The translations under genes were made by a program, and so were the position numbers. Below the pieces are notes generated by a model, which worked only from the letters and a program-made list of their open reading frames with translations, was not told where the DNA came from and ran no database searches. Of a stretch of 64,000 nt of DNA, positions 1 to 9,074 are shown piece after piece. Source of the stretch: an archaeon (GTDB lineage Archaea; B1Sed10-29; WALL01; JAGHAM01); the NCBI GenBank assembly GCA_021107635.1, contig JAIOSL010000038.1, positions 3,512 to 67,511 of the forward strand, written 5' to 3'. Position 1 is the first letter of the stretch. Each line of letters starts with the position of its first letter.

Positions 1-1
1 A

Positions 2-1039
2 CAAGAAGACCTCAACGAATTCGTTATCCGACTATCACAACGCTGCGGAAGACACATCTCAGTAGCAGAACCCTTACTAGACGCAGCACTACCAGACGGA
101 TCCAGAGTACAAGCCACGTTCTCCTCTCATCGCGATATCGCAATGCATGGCTCCACGTTCACAATAAGGAAATTCACAAAAGACCCACTCACAATAATAG
201 ACATAGTCAACTTTGGAACAGTCCCCCCAATGATAGCAGCATACCTCTGGCTAGCCATAGAATACGGACACTCCCTACTCATTGCAGGAGGAACAGCAAC
301 AGGAAAAACATCATTCCTAGGCGCGCTCTCCATGTTCTTACCTGCTGACGCAAAAATAGTCAGCATAGAAGACACTCCAGAAGTCAGACTACCACACGAA
401 CACTGGGTACAAAAAGTAGTTAGAACAGGATTCGGAAGAGCAGACTTGACAGGCAGAAAACAAGGCGAAGTCACAATGTACGACTTGCTTAGAGCAGCAC
501 TACGTGAACGTCCAGACGAAATCATCGTAGGAGAAGTAAGAGGAAAAGAAGCATACGTGCTGTTCCAAGGAATGGCTACTGGACACAGTGGAATGGCCAC
601 TATCCACGGAGACTCTGTTGACTCAGTAATGCACCGTTTGCAAACCAAACCAATCAATCTTTCTCCTGGACTAATGCAACACCTAGACATAATCATTATT
701 CTAACTCGAGCAAAAGTAAAAGGCGTTGAAGTAAGACGCGCAAAACAAATCGTTGAAATACTCGGCTTGACACGTGACCAACAACCAATAGTGAACACTC
801 TATTCGAATGGACTCCAGCAGACGAAAGCTTCAAATTTTCTTCAGATAAATCATACATACTACAAGAAATCATTCATGAAAAAGGTGTTGAAGAAAGTGA
901 AGTATGGAAAGAACTTCAAAGAAGAACCAAAATCGTTGAATGGATGAGAAAAAATGATATAAGATACTACAAAGACGTTGGAAAAATAATCCAACGATAC
1001 TACTCAGATCCAGAAGCTATCCTAAGAGGAATAACGTGA
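2..1039 (+). CDS. Type IV filament/archaellum-type assembly ATPase (FlaI/PilB/VirB11 superfamily, T2SSE-like), 5' end cut by window edge
   Basis: Reading frame open from nt 2 (..LPDGSRVQATF..GSTFTIRKF); Walker A GGTATGKTS (nt 287-313), Asp box SIEDTPE, Walker B DEIIVGEVRGKEA, His box TGHSGMATIHG. Confidence 0.85.
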   Translation, partial: QEDLNEFVIRLSQRCGRHISVAEPLLDAALPDGSRVQATFSSHRDIAMHGSTFTIRKFTKDPLTIIDIVNFGTVPPMIAAYLWLAIEYGHSLLIAGGTATGKTSFLGALSMFLPADAKIVSIEDTPEVRLPHEHWVQKVVRTGFGRADLTGRKQGEVTMYDLLRAALRERPDEIIVGEVRGKEAYVLFQGMATGHSGMATIHGDSVDSVMHRLQTKPINLSPGLMQHLDIIIILTRAKVKGVEVRRAKQIVEILGLTRDQQPIVNTLFEWTPADESFKFSSDKSYILQEIIHEKGVEESEVWKELQRRTKIVEWMRKNDIRYYKDVGKIIQRYYSDPEAILRGIT

Positions 1040-1045
1040 GCTAAA

Positions 1046-1927
1046 ATGATCTCCACAAAAAAATACAGTCTCCTTGCATACTCCCTCTTCGAACCAATGA
1101 TACCATCCATACTACCATACTTCTCAAAACTTAAACAAATCCTCCACAAAACAGGAACAAAAACAACCCTAGAAGAATACGTAGCATCATTCATGCTAAC
1201 AGCAACAATACTAGTACCAGGAATATTTCTAGTAATACTAATCTACCTAAACTCCCTACTCAAAACAGGAATAGGACTAACAGTAATCTTTTCAATACTA
1301 GGAAGCCTCATAGTACTAGCAAGCATAATCGCAATATACCTAATGTATCCATCATACAAAGTCAACACACTCAAACACGAACTAGACAAACATATTCCAT
1401 TCGCAGCAATGCACATGGCAACCATTGCCGGAACCGGCGTGCCACCACACATGATATTCAAAATGATAGGAGACTTCGAAGAATACGGAGAAGTAGCCAA
1501 AGTATGCAGAAAAGTCTACAGAAACATCTCAGTGCTAGGTTATGACACCATCAGCGCACTCTCAAAAGAAGCACAAATAACACCCTCAAACAACTTCCGA
1601 GACCTACTCTGGAGTATTGTCGCAGTCACTCGCAGTGGAGGAGATCTCAGAGAAATGCTCTTGAAAAGAGCCGAAGCATTAATGGATGAAGAACGAAGAA
1701 CAGAAGCAAAATATATTGACACACTATCAATGCTAGCAGAAATCTACTCCACAATATTCGTAGCAGGAACAGTAGTAATTTTCGTGCTAGTCGCAATCAT
1801 GGGAATCATCGGAGGACTGCCACTACCAATGAGACTAGTACTACAAGCAACAACATACTTCATAATACCACTAGCATCAATAGCATTTATCCTAGTAATA
1901 GAAAGCAGCAAACCATCAGGAGTCTAA
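1046..1927 (+). CDS. Platform membrane protein, single T2SSF-like domain (FlaJ/TadB-like half)
   Basis: 293 aa; starts 6 nt after ATPase stop; N-terminal TM helices, helical domain (HIPFAAMHMATIAGTGVPP..VAVTRSGGDLREML), C-terminal TM helices. Confidence 0.7.
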   Translation: MISTKKYSLLAYSLFEPMIPSILPYFSKLKQILHKTGTKTTLEEYVASFMLTATILVPGIFLVILIYLNSLLKTGIGLTVIFSILGSLIVLASIIAIYLMYPSYKVNTLKHELDKHIPFAAMHMATIAGTGVPPHMIFKMIGDFEEYGEVAKVCRKVYRNISVLGYDTISALSKEAQITPSNNFRDLLWSIVAVTRSGGDLREMLLKRAEALMDEERRTEAKYIDTLSMLAEIYSTIFVAGTVVIFVLVAIMGIIGGLPLPMRLVLQATTYFIIPLASIAFILVIESSKPSGV

Positions 1928-1929
1928 AA

Positions 1930-3192
1930 ATGGAAGAAAAAAAATCATTCATGGACTGGTTCCTAGGGAAAAAAACCAAAAAAACAACCAAAGCAAACCT
2001 ACCGCTCAAAACCAAAATTAGATATGAACTCAGAAAAGAAAAATGGAAGCCAGTTGCAGCATCAATAGTAACAGCACTAATACTGATTGTACTAGGAACC
2101 ATCTTCTTCAGAACAAACCTTGCACTACTAGTAATAGTAGTGTTTTTCGGCACTAGCATGCCAATAGCAATATACATTTACCTGAAACAAAGAAGACTCG
2201 AAAGCATAGAAGAACAATTTCCAAATTTCCTCAGAGACATAGCAGAATTCAAAAGATCTGGCCTTCCCCTGAACAGAGCCATTCAAAACACAACCAAAAA
2301 TGATTACGGACAACTAACCTCAGAAGTCAAAAGAATGGCACTTGAACTTTCTTGGGGAGTATCATTCCAAAAAACACTCGAAAAATTTTCAGAAAGAACC
2401 AACAGTCACATAATTGAAAGAGCAGTCTCAATAATTGTAGTAGCCCAATCAAGTGGAGGAGAAGTAACCGAAGTTCTAGACACTGTCTCCGCAGACCTAA
2501 GAAAACTCAAAGAAATAGAAAAAGAACGTAAAAGCAAACTCTCAGTCTACACTCTAACAATATACGCAGTCTACCTACTCCTACTCTTCATAATAATCAT
2601 GCTAATGGGCTCCTTTGTGCCATCAATACCAAAAATCCAAGCAGCAGGCAAGTTCATGGGAGGAGGCCTAGAAGAAACTATAACAGAATTTGAGTTTAGG
2701 ACATTGTTATTCCATGTTAGCTTAATAGAAGCATTCTTCGCTGGCCTGATTTCAGGAGACATGGGAGAAGGAAAAATAACTGCAGGAATAAAACACGCCA
2801 TAATTTTAGTACTAATAACAATGCTAGCATTCCAGCTTGTCCCACCAAGTCCAGCAACATACAAAATAGCAGACTCAATATTAGACATCCCGCCATCACA
2901 AGGAACACCAACAGAAGGAATAGAAAGCATAACACATCTTACAGACACCTTCGATAACAAAGAAATAGCACGACTAGTAGGAGAAAAAGCAAAAGAACGA
3001 GGACTCGCACGGCATAAAGGAATAACCTCCGCAGACATCAGCTTCAACGCCCTGTCAGGAGAGTGCATACCATGCGCAGAAGGAAAAATAGTAGTACTAC
3101 CCAACAAAGTCACAGTACACGAACAAGTACCAATAAAATACAAAGTAAGATACTCAGGAACACAATACCAAATAATGTTTAGAACAGCATGA
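1930..3192 (+). CDS. Platform membrane protein, second T2SSF-like domain (FlaJ/TadC-like half) with ~120-aa C-terminal soluble extension
   Basis: 420 aa; FPNFLRDIAEFKRSGLPLNRAI..VVAQSSGGEVTEVL resembles a T2SSF domain; flanking TM helices; 2 nt after previous stop. Confidence 0.7.
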   Translation: MEEKKSFMDWFLGKKTKKTTKANLPLKTKIRYELRKEKWKPVAASIVTALILIVLGTIFFRTNLALLVIVVFFGTSMPIAIYIYLKQRRLESIEEQFPNFLRDIAEFKRSGLPLNRAIQNTTKNDYGQLTSEVKRMALELSWGVSFQKTLEKFSERTNSHIIERAVSIIVVAQSSGGEVTEVLDTVSADLRKLKEIEKERKSKLSVYTLTIYAVYLLLLFIIIMLMGSFVPSIPKIQAAGKFMGGGLEETITEFEFRTLLFHVSLIEAFFAGLISGDMGEGKITAGIKHAIILVLITMLAFQLVPPSPATYKIADSILDIPPSQGTPTEGIESITHLTDTFDNKEIARLVGEKAKERGLARHKGITSADISFNALSGECIPCAEGKIVVLPNKVTVHEQVPIKYKVRYSGTQYQIMFRTA

Positions 3193-3671
3193 GGATTAAA
3201 ATGAAAAAAGGAGTAAGCGGAATAGAATTTATAGTTGCAGTAACATTCTTCCTAATTGCATTCTGGTACGTGTTCATAGAAACAAGCGAAATGATAATGG
3301 ACAAACCAGTGCAAGTCGATGTCAGACAACCAGCACTACAATTCTATTCAGGATACATAATAAAAAATCCAGGTGAACCAGCAGACTGGGATGAAAACCC
3401 AGATGATTTCGCCCTAGCCTACTACGACGAAAAAACACACCGCAACATACTAGACCACACAAAACTAAACTATGCAAACCAAACCAACTGCAGCTCTTTG
3501 ACACCCGCAATAATGAACGGCATAGACATAGGATTCAAAGTAACAAGCCAATACGGAACATGGCAATGCCAAAACCCACCAAGAAAAGACGCAATGATAA
3601 CAAGACTAGTCTACATACACGTTCCCAGAAGAACTCAATACGCAGGCACTTTGGAGGTATGGGTAGCATGA
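3189..3671 (+). CDS. Pilin-like protein with class III (prepilin-type) signal peptide
   Basis: 160 aa; N-terminus MRIKMKKG-VSGIEFIVAVTFFLIAFWYVF (basic residues, Gly, hydrophobic helix, Glu at +5 after Gly); ATGA overlap with upstream gene. Confidence 0.5.
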   Translation: MRIKMKKGVSGIEFIVAVTFFLIAFWYVFIETSEMIMDKPVQVDVRQPALQFYSGYIIKNPGEPADWDENPDDFALAYYDEKTHRNILDHTKLNYANQTNCSSLTPAIMNGIDIGFKVTSQYGTWQCQNPPRKDAMITRLVYIHVPRRTQYAGTLEVWVA

Positions 3672-4111
3672 AAAACATTAAATACCATCACTCCTTCTAT
3701 AAAATAAGAAATAAAGGATTCAGCAAAATACTTGAACTTGTACTAGTGCTTGTTTTGCTATTCTCACTCGTCATAACAGTAAGCCAAAATATTCCACCCA
3801 CAACAACAAGCAAACACAACCTACAAGTACTATCACGCTACGCATCAGACATTAGAAACATGATATGTAACTCCGAGCGCGACAGAAGAATCATGATAAA
3901 AAATGCGACTATGACCACTATCAACCAATCCATCAATTACATAGCACCACCAGATCTCAAACATCGCATAGTAATCCTGAATACCACAGATGACAGCCTA
4001 ATCCAAGCCACGGGATACCCAAACCCAGATGAAGAAAATTTGATGACCGCATCATGCATCATAGTAGATGATGAAACCACAATAGAAGCAGAGGTAATGG
4101 TATGGTACTAG
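3668..4111 (+). CDS. Pilin-like protein (class III signal-like N-terminus)
   Basis: In-frame ATG 3668 forms ATGA overlap with upstream stop (alt ATG 3659 behind GGAGGT); ..KIRNKG-FSKILELVLVLVLLFSLVI; ORF-track start 3560 lies inside the upstream gene. Confidence 0.45.
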   Translation: MKNIKYHHSFYKIRNKGFSKILELVLVLVLLFSLVITVSQNIPPTTTSKHNLQVLSRYASDIRNMICNSERDRRIMIKNATMTTINQSINYIAPPDLKHRIVILNTTDDSLIQATGYPNPDEENLMTASCIIVDDETTIEAEVMVWY

Positions 4112-5379
4112 GAAAACGCGCACAATTCTTTCTCATAATACTAGTATTCATGATAATCATAATCGTCGGCCTTGCTTATTACGCAATAGAATCACGCAAC
4201 CTACCAGCAGAAACCAGTGCAACCCCAGAAAGAGGAACACCACTGCTCTCACAAATAAAATCAGAAATCCTGAATGCACTCGAACGCAAACCATACACAG
4301 GAAAAAACATCAGCGAATACTATACCACGTTTCACAGAGAAGCAAACCGAACCAACTTTGACCTAAGCATAAACTGCAACGAAACAAACACCACAACCGG
4401 AGCAAACAACTACCCAAAATATGACATTGAATGTATACTAGACTTATCCTGGAAAAACGCCAATTTAACCACCAGTTTTACTCATAGTTACACAGTCCCA
4501 TACGAAATAATAACATACTTAGATTCTGATTATACCACAGAAAGCGATTATTTCAACCTTAACGACACAATATACTATAGGATTACAGGAAGAAACAACG
4601 ACAAAATCAACTTTACAGCAACACGCCAAAACACCCAAAAAAACACTCAAAACCACACCCTTTCCGACCACTACTCAGACGGCAGCTTTACAGTAGATGC
4701 AGGAGGAGCCTGGATCCTAAAAGCAGACAACTACAACACCTCAGAAATAAGCTATAAAACAATATATGTACAAGAAATAGAAATAAAAATAACCATTGAA
4801 GGAACATGCCCAGGCTGGTGCCCAAGAAACAGTTACATAAGAGGAGAAAACTTCAGATACAACATTGAAACAATCAACGTAAAAGGTCACCCAGTAAGCG
4901 TACCAATAATGATTACAGTACAACGTCCAGACGGCACACCTCCAGTAGGAGAATACGACCTAGAAACACTAACCAACACAAGCGGCATTTTTATCAGCGA
5001 AAATCAGACAATCCATTCAAGCGAAGTAGTAACAAACCTCACAATAAAAGTCACAGAACTAGACTACTACTCATACAACACCACCACCATCCAAATACTC
5101 GCACAAAACTATGACAGATTCATAGAAGTACCTGCAGAAGACATGAACTACACAGCACTCTCAAATGAAACCTTCAGTTCAACCTGCGGATACGACACTT
5201 GGTTTACCAACAGCACCCAAAACTATTACAACGGAAGCCTCGACATACCATTCTACCGCGAAAAAACTGATGAAACCACAATCAGACTCAACCAAACCAC
5301 AAAAACCATTGACCTACCCCAAGTGCACGCAAAAGTCCTGCACATCATAGGAGCAAGACATAACATAAGTGAAGAATAA
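4102..5379 (+). CDS. Large pilin-like/exported glycoprotein (class III signal-like N-terminus)
   Basis: 425 aa; MVLGKRAQ-FFLIILVFMIIIIVGLAYY; many N-x-S/T sequons (NETNTTTGANN, NLTTS, NFTAT); short overlaps with both neighbours. Confidence 0.5.
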   Translation: MVLGKRAQFFLIILVFMIIIIVGLAYYAIESRNLPAETSATPERGTPLLSQIKSEILNALERKPYTGKNISEYYTTFHREANRTNFDLSINCNETNTTTGANNYPKYDIECILDLSWKNANLTTSFTHSYTVPYEIITYLDSDYTTESDYFNLNDTIYYRITGRNNDKINFTATRQNTQKNTQNHTLSDHYSDGSFTVDAGGAWILKADNYNTSEISYKTIYVQEIEIKITIEGTCPGWCPRNSYIRGENFRYNIETINVKGHPVSVPIMITVQRPDGTPPVGEYDLETLTNTSGIFISENQTIHSSEVVTNLTIKVTELDYYSYNTTTIQILAQNYDRFIEVPAEDMNYTALSNETFSSTCGYDTWFTNSTQNYYNGSLDIPFYREKTDETTIRLNQTTKTIDLPQVHAKVLHIIGARHNISEE

Positions 5380-8300
5380 TGAAAAAAATAGCATTAATTG
5401 CACTAGCCCTGATACTCATCTCGCCAGCACTAGCACAAAAAGAAGAAATAAAAACAATCACAGCATCACAACCCTGGATCTTCCTAGAAGAAAAATGCAT
5501 CCCAGAGACCTGTAACCTCAATGACTATTGTACCGCTTATGGCAGTTGGTCCTGTCATGATGACTGCAAACGAATAAGAAGCAAAACCTGCTACGACTAC
5601 TGCTGCAACCCTGCCTGCGTACTCTGCGACACAACCATACAATATCAATACAGCAACTGTGCAATTGAGACAGTATGCTCGGGAGGCACTTGCAGTAGTG
5701 GAACATGCGATGAAGGAACAGACTGCACAAACATCTGCACGAGACGACCATGGTTTAAAAAATGTAACGGAGTAGGCAGTTGCAGTATAGAAGGAGGCAC
5801 CAACTACTACTGTAGCGGAAACCAGCACTGCAGCGGAGGAAGCTGCGTGAGCGGAAACTGTGGAACCTGCAAGCAATGCGAAGGCCTCGGAGACTGCAAC
5901 AACGTCGCCTCAGGAACAGACCCGTACGGCGACTGCAGCACATGGGAATGCCAGACAGGAGACTGCAGCGGAGGAAGCTGCTCTGTCTACAGCGATGGAA
6001 GAAAAGACAGTTGTGGAACCTGTGAATACTGCAATGATGGCGACTCTCCTTGCGATTCCATTCCAAACGGCCAAGACCCATTCGGAGAGTGCTCGTCAAG
6101 CTCCTACCAAAGCTGCACTCCCAGCGGAGAAATAAGCGCGTGTGGGTGGCAGCAAGCCAGTGGAGATTGCAACGGAGGAGGCGCGTGCGGATGGGGCTCC
6201 TGCAATGATTGTGGCCCCCATGAAGCATCGACCAGCAGCTGTTACTCTGACCTAGCCCACTGCAACTCTGCCTGCCTCGACGGGTTCGAGTGCGACGAAC
6301 ACGCGGACTGCTCTGACGACTGTGGAGTAACCCACACAGAAGATCTAAGCATCTATCACTGTTCCGATAACTGTGATTGTTATAAACTAGACACGCTTTC
6401 TTGTAGCCCTAGAGGCGAGTACTCGCCATGCGACCAAGCATCATGCAACGGAGCCACCTACAATTGCACTGTAAGCAATGAAGGAGAATGGGCGTGGAGA
6501 CTGTCTGTACAAGCACCCGAAGCAGAAACTAACTGCACTGACGGATACGATAACGATTGTAATGGACTCTCAGACAGCCAAGAAAACATTTGCCAACCCC
6601 CAGAATGGCAAAACCAAGGACAGAACGCCTCAAGCGTTTTAATCGGAGGGCAACTGCTTTTATACGCACAAGGAAGAGACAGCATAGCATTAAACGAATC
6701 ATGGCTTTCAACCAACGAAAGCGGTTCCTGGCAAAATTATAGCACGTGGGGCAACTGCTCAGGCACACCAACCAACTGCACAAATTACACTGACACCACC
6801 AACTGCACTGGCGCAGGCTGTTCATGGGACAGCGCTGACTGTTACGGCACATGCACTGGCTGCAGCAAATTCAGTAATTCTGAGGACTGTGCCAAGCAAG
6901 GAGGATGCTCCTGGGAAGAAACAAGCAGTTGTGCAGGAACAGTAACCGCATGCTCAAGCCTCTCAGATTCAACCTCCTGTAACAATCAATACGGCTGTAG
7001 CTGGACTCCAGGAAGCTGCAGTGGTTCCTGCTTTTGTGGGCTCATTCCAAGCTGTGAATGTGACGCAATAGGCTGTGAAATTATGATAAAAATGGGACCA
7101 CCCCCAGAAGAGAAGTGTATAGGATTATGCACATGTGCCATAGCAAATGATCAAGCATGCTGTGAAGACCATTCTTGCACTTGGACTGCAGGCAGCTGCA
7201 GTGGCACGGCAACCACATGCCCAAACATAGACAACGCCACAGGCTGCGGAACACAAGAAGATTGCTCATGGAATGTCACCTGTGAATCAGGAGATGTTGA
7301 CATAGAACAAACAGCCAATGATGTGGGCTACAACCTTGCATTGTATAGTTACACAGCACAAACATTCAAAACAAATGGTGCTATAAGAGTCGACCAAGTA
7401 GATGTGAACATAAACTGCGGGAAATGCAGCGGAACCGTCTACATGGCAATAACCAACACAGATGTTTTCGGAAATCCAAGCACAACAGTATATGGAAACA
7501 CCACAGTCACCGGAATCAATGGTACACCACAATGGGTCAGCGCAGACTATACCAGTGACATACCAGAACTTGCTGCCAGCACTACGTACGCATTAGTAAT
7601 ACTCAAACCAACAACATCACTTGACTACCTTTGGTACTACAACAGCAGCAGTAGCACATATACAAACGGTTCTGCAAAATACTATAACAGCGGATGGTAC
7701 AATATTAACGGAGACTTCACATTCAAAATATACGGCAATTGTTCAGGATCCAACGGCGAATGCAACGGCACATGTACCAACTGCACCACCTATGGAACTT
7801 CTTCCCATTGCAGCAACCAAGACGGATGCACATGGGACAACGAAGACTGCTCAGGCACGCCATCTAACTGCAACACACATAACAGCACAGTCTGCGACAA
7901 GTATGGCTGCAGCATCGCGCCAGGAGAACACGGTTCACCAATGAACATGAACGAAACAGTAAACACGTGGACCTGGTCAAACTTTACATGGCAAAACGTA
8001 AGCGTTGAATTCAACAATAGTGTCTGCTGGAAAATCTGGTACTGGGACACCCACGAACTAGTCAACGGAACAAACACACTATGCTTTAACGTCACTCAAA
8101 ACACCGCACCAACAGTAATGCAAGTAGAAATAAGTCCAGAATATCCTACAGACGACCAAGCATTAACATGCAACTGGAAAACCGCTGACAACGAAACAGC
8201 CACCATCTACGCTAACGTAACCTGGCGTAAAAATGGAGGAATATGGGCAACATACAACCAACTAGAATGCTACAACGCAAGCTCATGCAGCACCAATGCA

Positions 8301-8699
8301 ACCACAGGACCAGGCAGCGCGAACACAACGCTAGGCGATGAATGGAACTGCAGCGTAACAGTCTATGACGTTCAAAGCCTTAACATGACAGGCTCAGACA
8401 ACACCACAATAATGAGAGACGTGACAGTAATATTCACTGACGGCCAATGGGAAACCTTTGCATGGGAAGACATTAAACCTCAATTATGGACCAACTCAAC
8501 AAACCAACTAGCAAACTTTACTTCAACCTGCACAGAAACAGGCAGTTCAGGAGTAACAAGATACACACCATACTGGACAATAGAACTAACAAACACAGAC
8601 AAAATAGTAAAACAAATAAAATTCGGAGACACAACAAACGCTGATTCTTATCAACTAACAGCAATAACCGTGGAAAAAGTAGAAGGAAGCACCCCCTGA
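5379..8699 (+). CDS. Cysteine-rich secreted giant protein (1105 aa), function unknown
   Basis: Sec-type signal MKKIALIALALILISPALA-QKE; very many Cys in repeated motifs (CSGGxC, G-x-DP-[YF]-G-[DE]-C, G-C-[ST]-W); CTDGYDNDCNG motif; dense N-x-S/T sequons. Confidence 0.8.
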   Translation: MKKIALIALALILISPALAQKEEIKTITASQPWIFLEEKCIPETCNLNDYCTAYGSWSCHDDCKRIRSKTCYDYCCNPACVLCDTTIQYQYSNCAIETVCSGGTCSSGTCDEGTDCTNICTRRPWFKKCNGVGSCSIEGGTNYYCSGNQHCSGGSCVSGNCGTCKQCEGLGDCNNVASGTDPYGDCSTWECQTGDCSGGSCSVYSDGRKDSCGTCEYCNDGDSPCDSIPNGQDPFGECSSSSYQSCTPSGEISACGWQQASGDCNGGGACGWGSCNDCGPHEASTSSCYSDLAHCNSACLDGFECDEHADCSDDCGVTHTEDLSIYHCSDNCDCYKLDTLSCSPRGEYSPCDQASCNGATYNCTVSNEGEWAWRLSVQAPEAETNCTDGYDNDCNGLSDSQENICQPPEWQNQGQNASSVLIGGQLLLYAQGRDSIALNESWLSTNESGSWQNYSTWGNCSGTPTNCTNYTDTTNCTGAGCSWDSADCYGTCTGCSKFSNSEDCAKQGGCSWEETSSCAGTVTACSSLSDSTSCNNQYGCSWTPGSCSGSCFCGLIPSCECDAIGCEIMIKMGPPPEEKCIGLCTCAIANDQACCEDHSCTWTAGSCSGTATTCPNIDNATGCGTQEDCSWNVTCESGDVDIEQTANDVGYNLALYSYTAQTFKTNGAIRVDQVDVNINCGKCSGTVYMAITNTDVFGNPSTTVYGNTTVTGINGTPQWVSADYTSDIPELAASTTYALVILKPTTSLDYLWYYNSSSSTYTNGSAKYYNSGWYNINGDFTFKIYGNCSGSNGECNGTCTNCTTYGTSSHCSNQDGCTWDNEDCSGTPSNCNTHNSTVCDKYGCSIAPGEHGSPMNMNETVNTWTWSNFTWQNVSVEFNNSVCWKIWYWDTHELVNGTNTLCFNVTQNTAPTVMQVEISPEYPTDDQALTCNWKTADNETATIYANVTWRKNGGIWATYNQLECYNASSCSTNATTGPGSANTTLGDEWNCSVTVYDVQSLNMTGSDNTTIMRDVTVIFTDGQWETFAWEDIKPQLWTNSTNQLANFTSTCTETGSSGVTRYTPYWTIELTNTDKIVKQIKFGDTTNADSYQLTAITVEKVEGSTP

Positions 8700-8708
8700 G
8701 GCACAATT

Positions 8709-9029
8709 ATGAAGATAAGTAAAGCAGAACTAGCAGACACGTGGTACAAAAGAGCACTAGGATTAATGTTCAGAACCAAACAAGAAAAACCATTAATATT
8801 CAAACTAGGCAGAGAAAGCCTTCTTGGAGCAAACATTCACTGCTGTTTCATGCGGTTCCCCATTGACGTGCTTTTCTTGAACGCGCAGAAGTGTGTGGTT
8901 GATAAAGCTTTGAACGTGAAGCCGTGGACTTTGAACGTGGCGCCAAGAAAACCAGCCAAGTATATCATTGAATTTCCAGTAGGACAAGGAACCGCCAAAC
9001 TCGGAGAACAAATCGAATGGAAAGAATAA
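8709..9029 (+). CDS. DUF192-family protein
   Basis: 106 aa; ..RALGLMFR..FMRFPIDVLFLN..KPW..KYIIEFPVG fits the DUF192 pattern as recalled (GLM-R, P-x-D-h-h-F, Y-h-h-E). Confidence 0.55.
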   Translation: MKISKAELADTWYKRALGLMFRTKQEKPLIFKLGRESLLGANIHCCFMRFPIDVLFLNAQKCVVDKALNVKPWTLNVAPRKPAKYIIEFPVGQGTAKLGEQIEWKE

Positions 9030-9074
9030 AGCTTTTATTCAAAGCCTGAGCAAGTACTACCAGGGGAGAGAGAA

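Noticed and set aside
127-873. 248-aa minus-strand ORF antisense to the first ATPase. There are many similar long antisense or alternate-frame ORFs, for example 2571-3143, 5484-6228, 9830-10315, 17839-18462, 40735-41133, 41268-42125, 53670-54218 and 56329-56778.
   Set aside because: Each lies entirely inside a longer ORF that carries recognisable motifs. Their sequences are low-complexity (S/C/L/R-rich) with no motifs. The coding strands are A-rich and T-poor, so the complementary strand is depleted in stop codons and long shadow ORFs are expected.
3560-3667. ORF-track N-terminal extension of the second pilin-like gene (MAMPKPTKKRRNDNK..).
   Set aside because: It overlaps the 3' third of the upstream gene in another frame. 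Internal ATGs at 3659/3668 sit behind GGAGGT, form an ATGA coupling overlap, and yield the pilin-like N-terminus.
2-5379. Interpretation of the ATPase/platform loci as archaellum (motility) operons.
   Set aside because: No archaellin-type genes with the conserved archaellin domain were recognised. No ArlH (KaiC-like), ArlG/F, ArlC/D/E or ArlX candidates lie adjacent. The pilin-like genes are heterogeneous and are linked to giant adhesin-like proteins.
9024-9040. AT-only imperfect palindrome GAATAAAGCTTTTATTC at the DUF192 stop, considered as a terminator.
   Set aside because: It is a weak A/T stem with a bulge and no following T-tract. The downstream ATPase gene starts 46 nt later on the same strand, so read-through is more likely.
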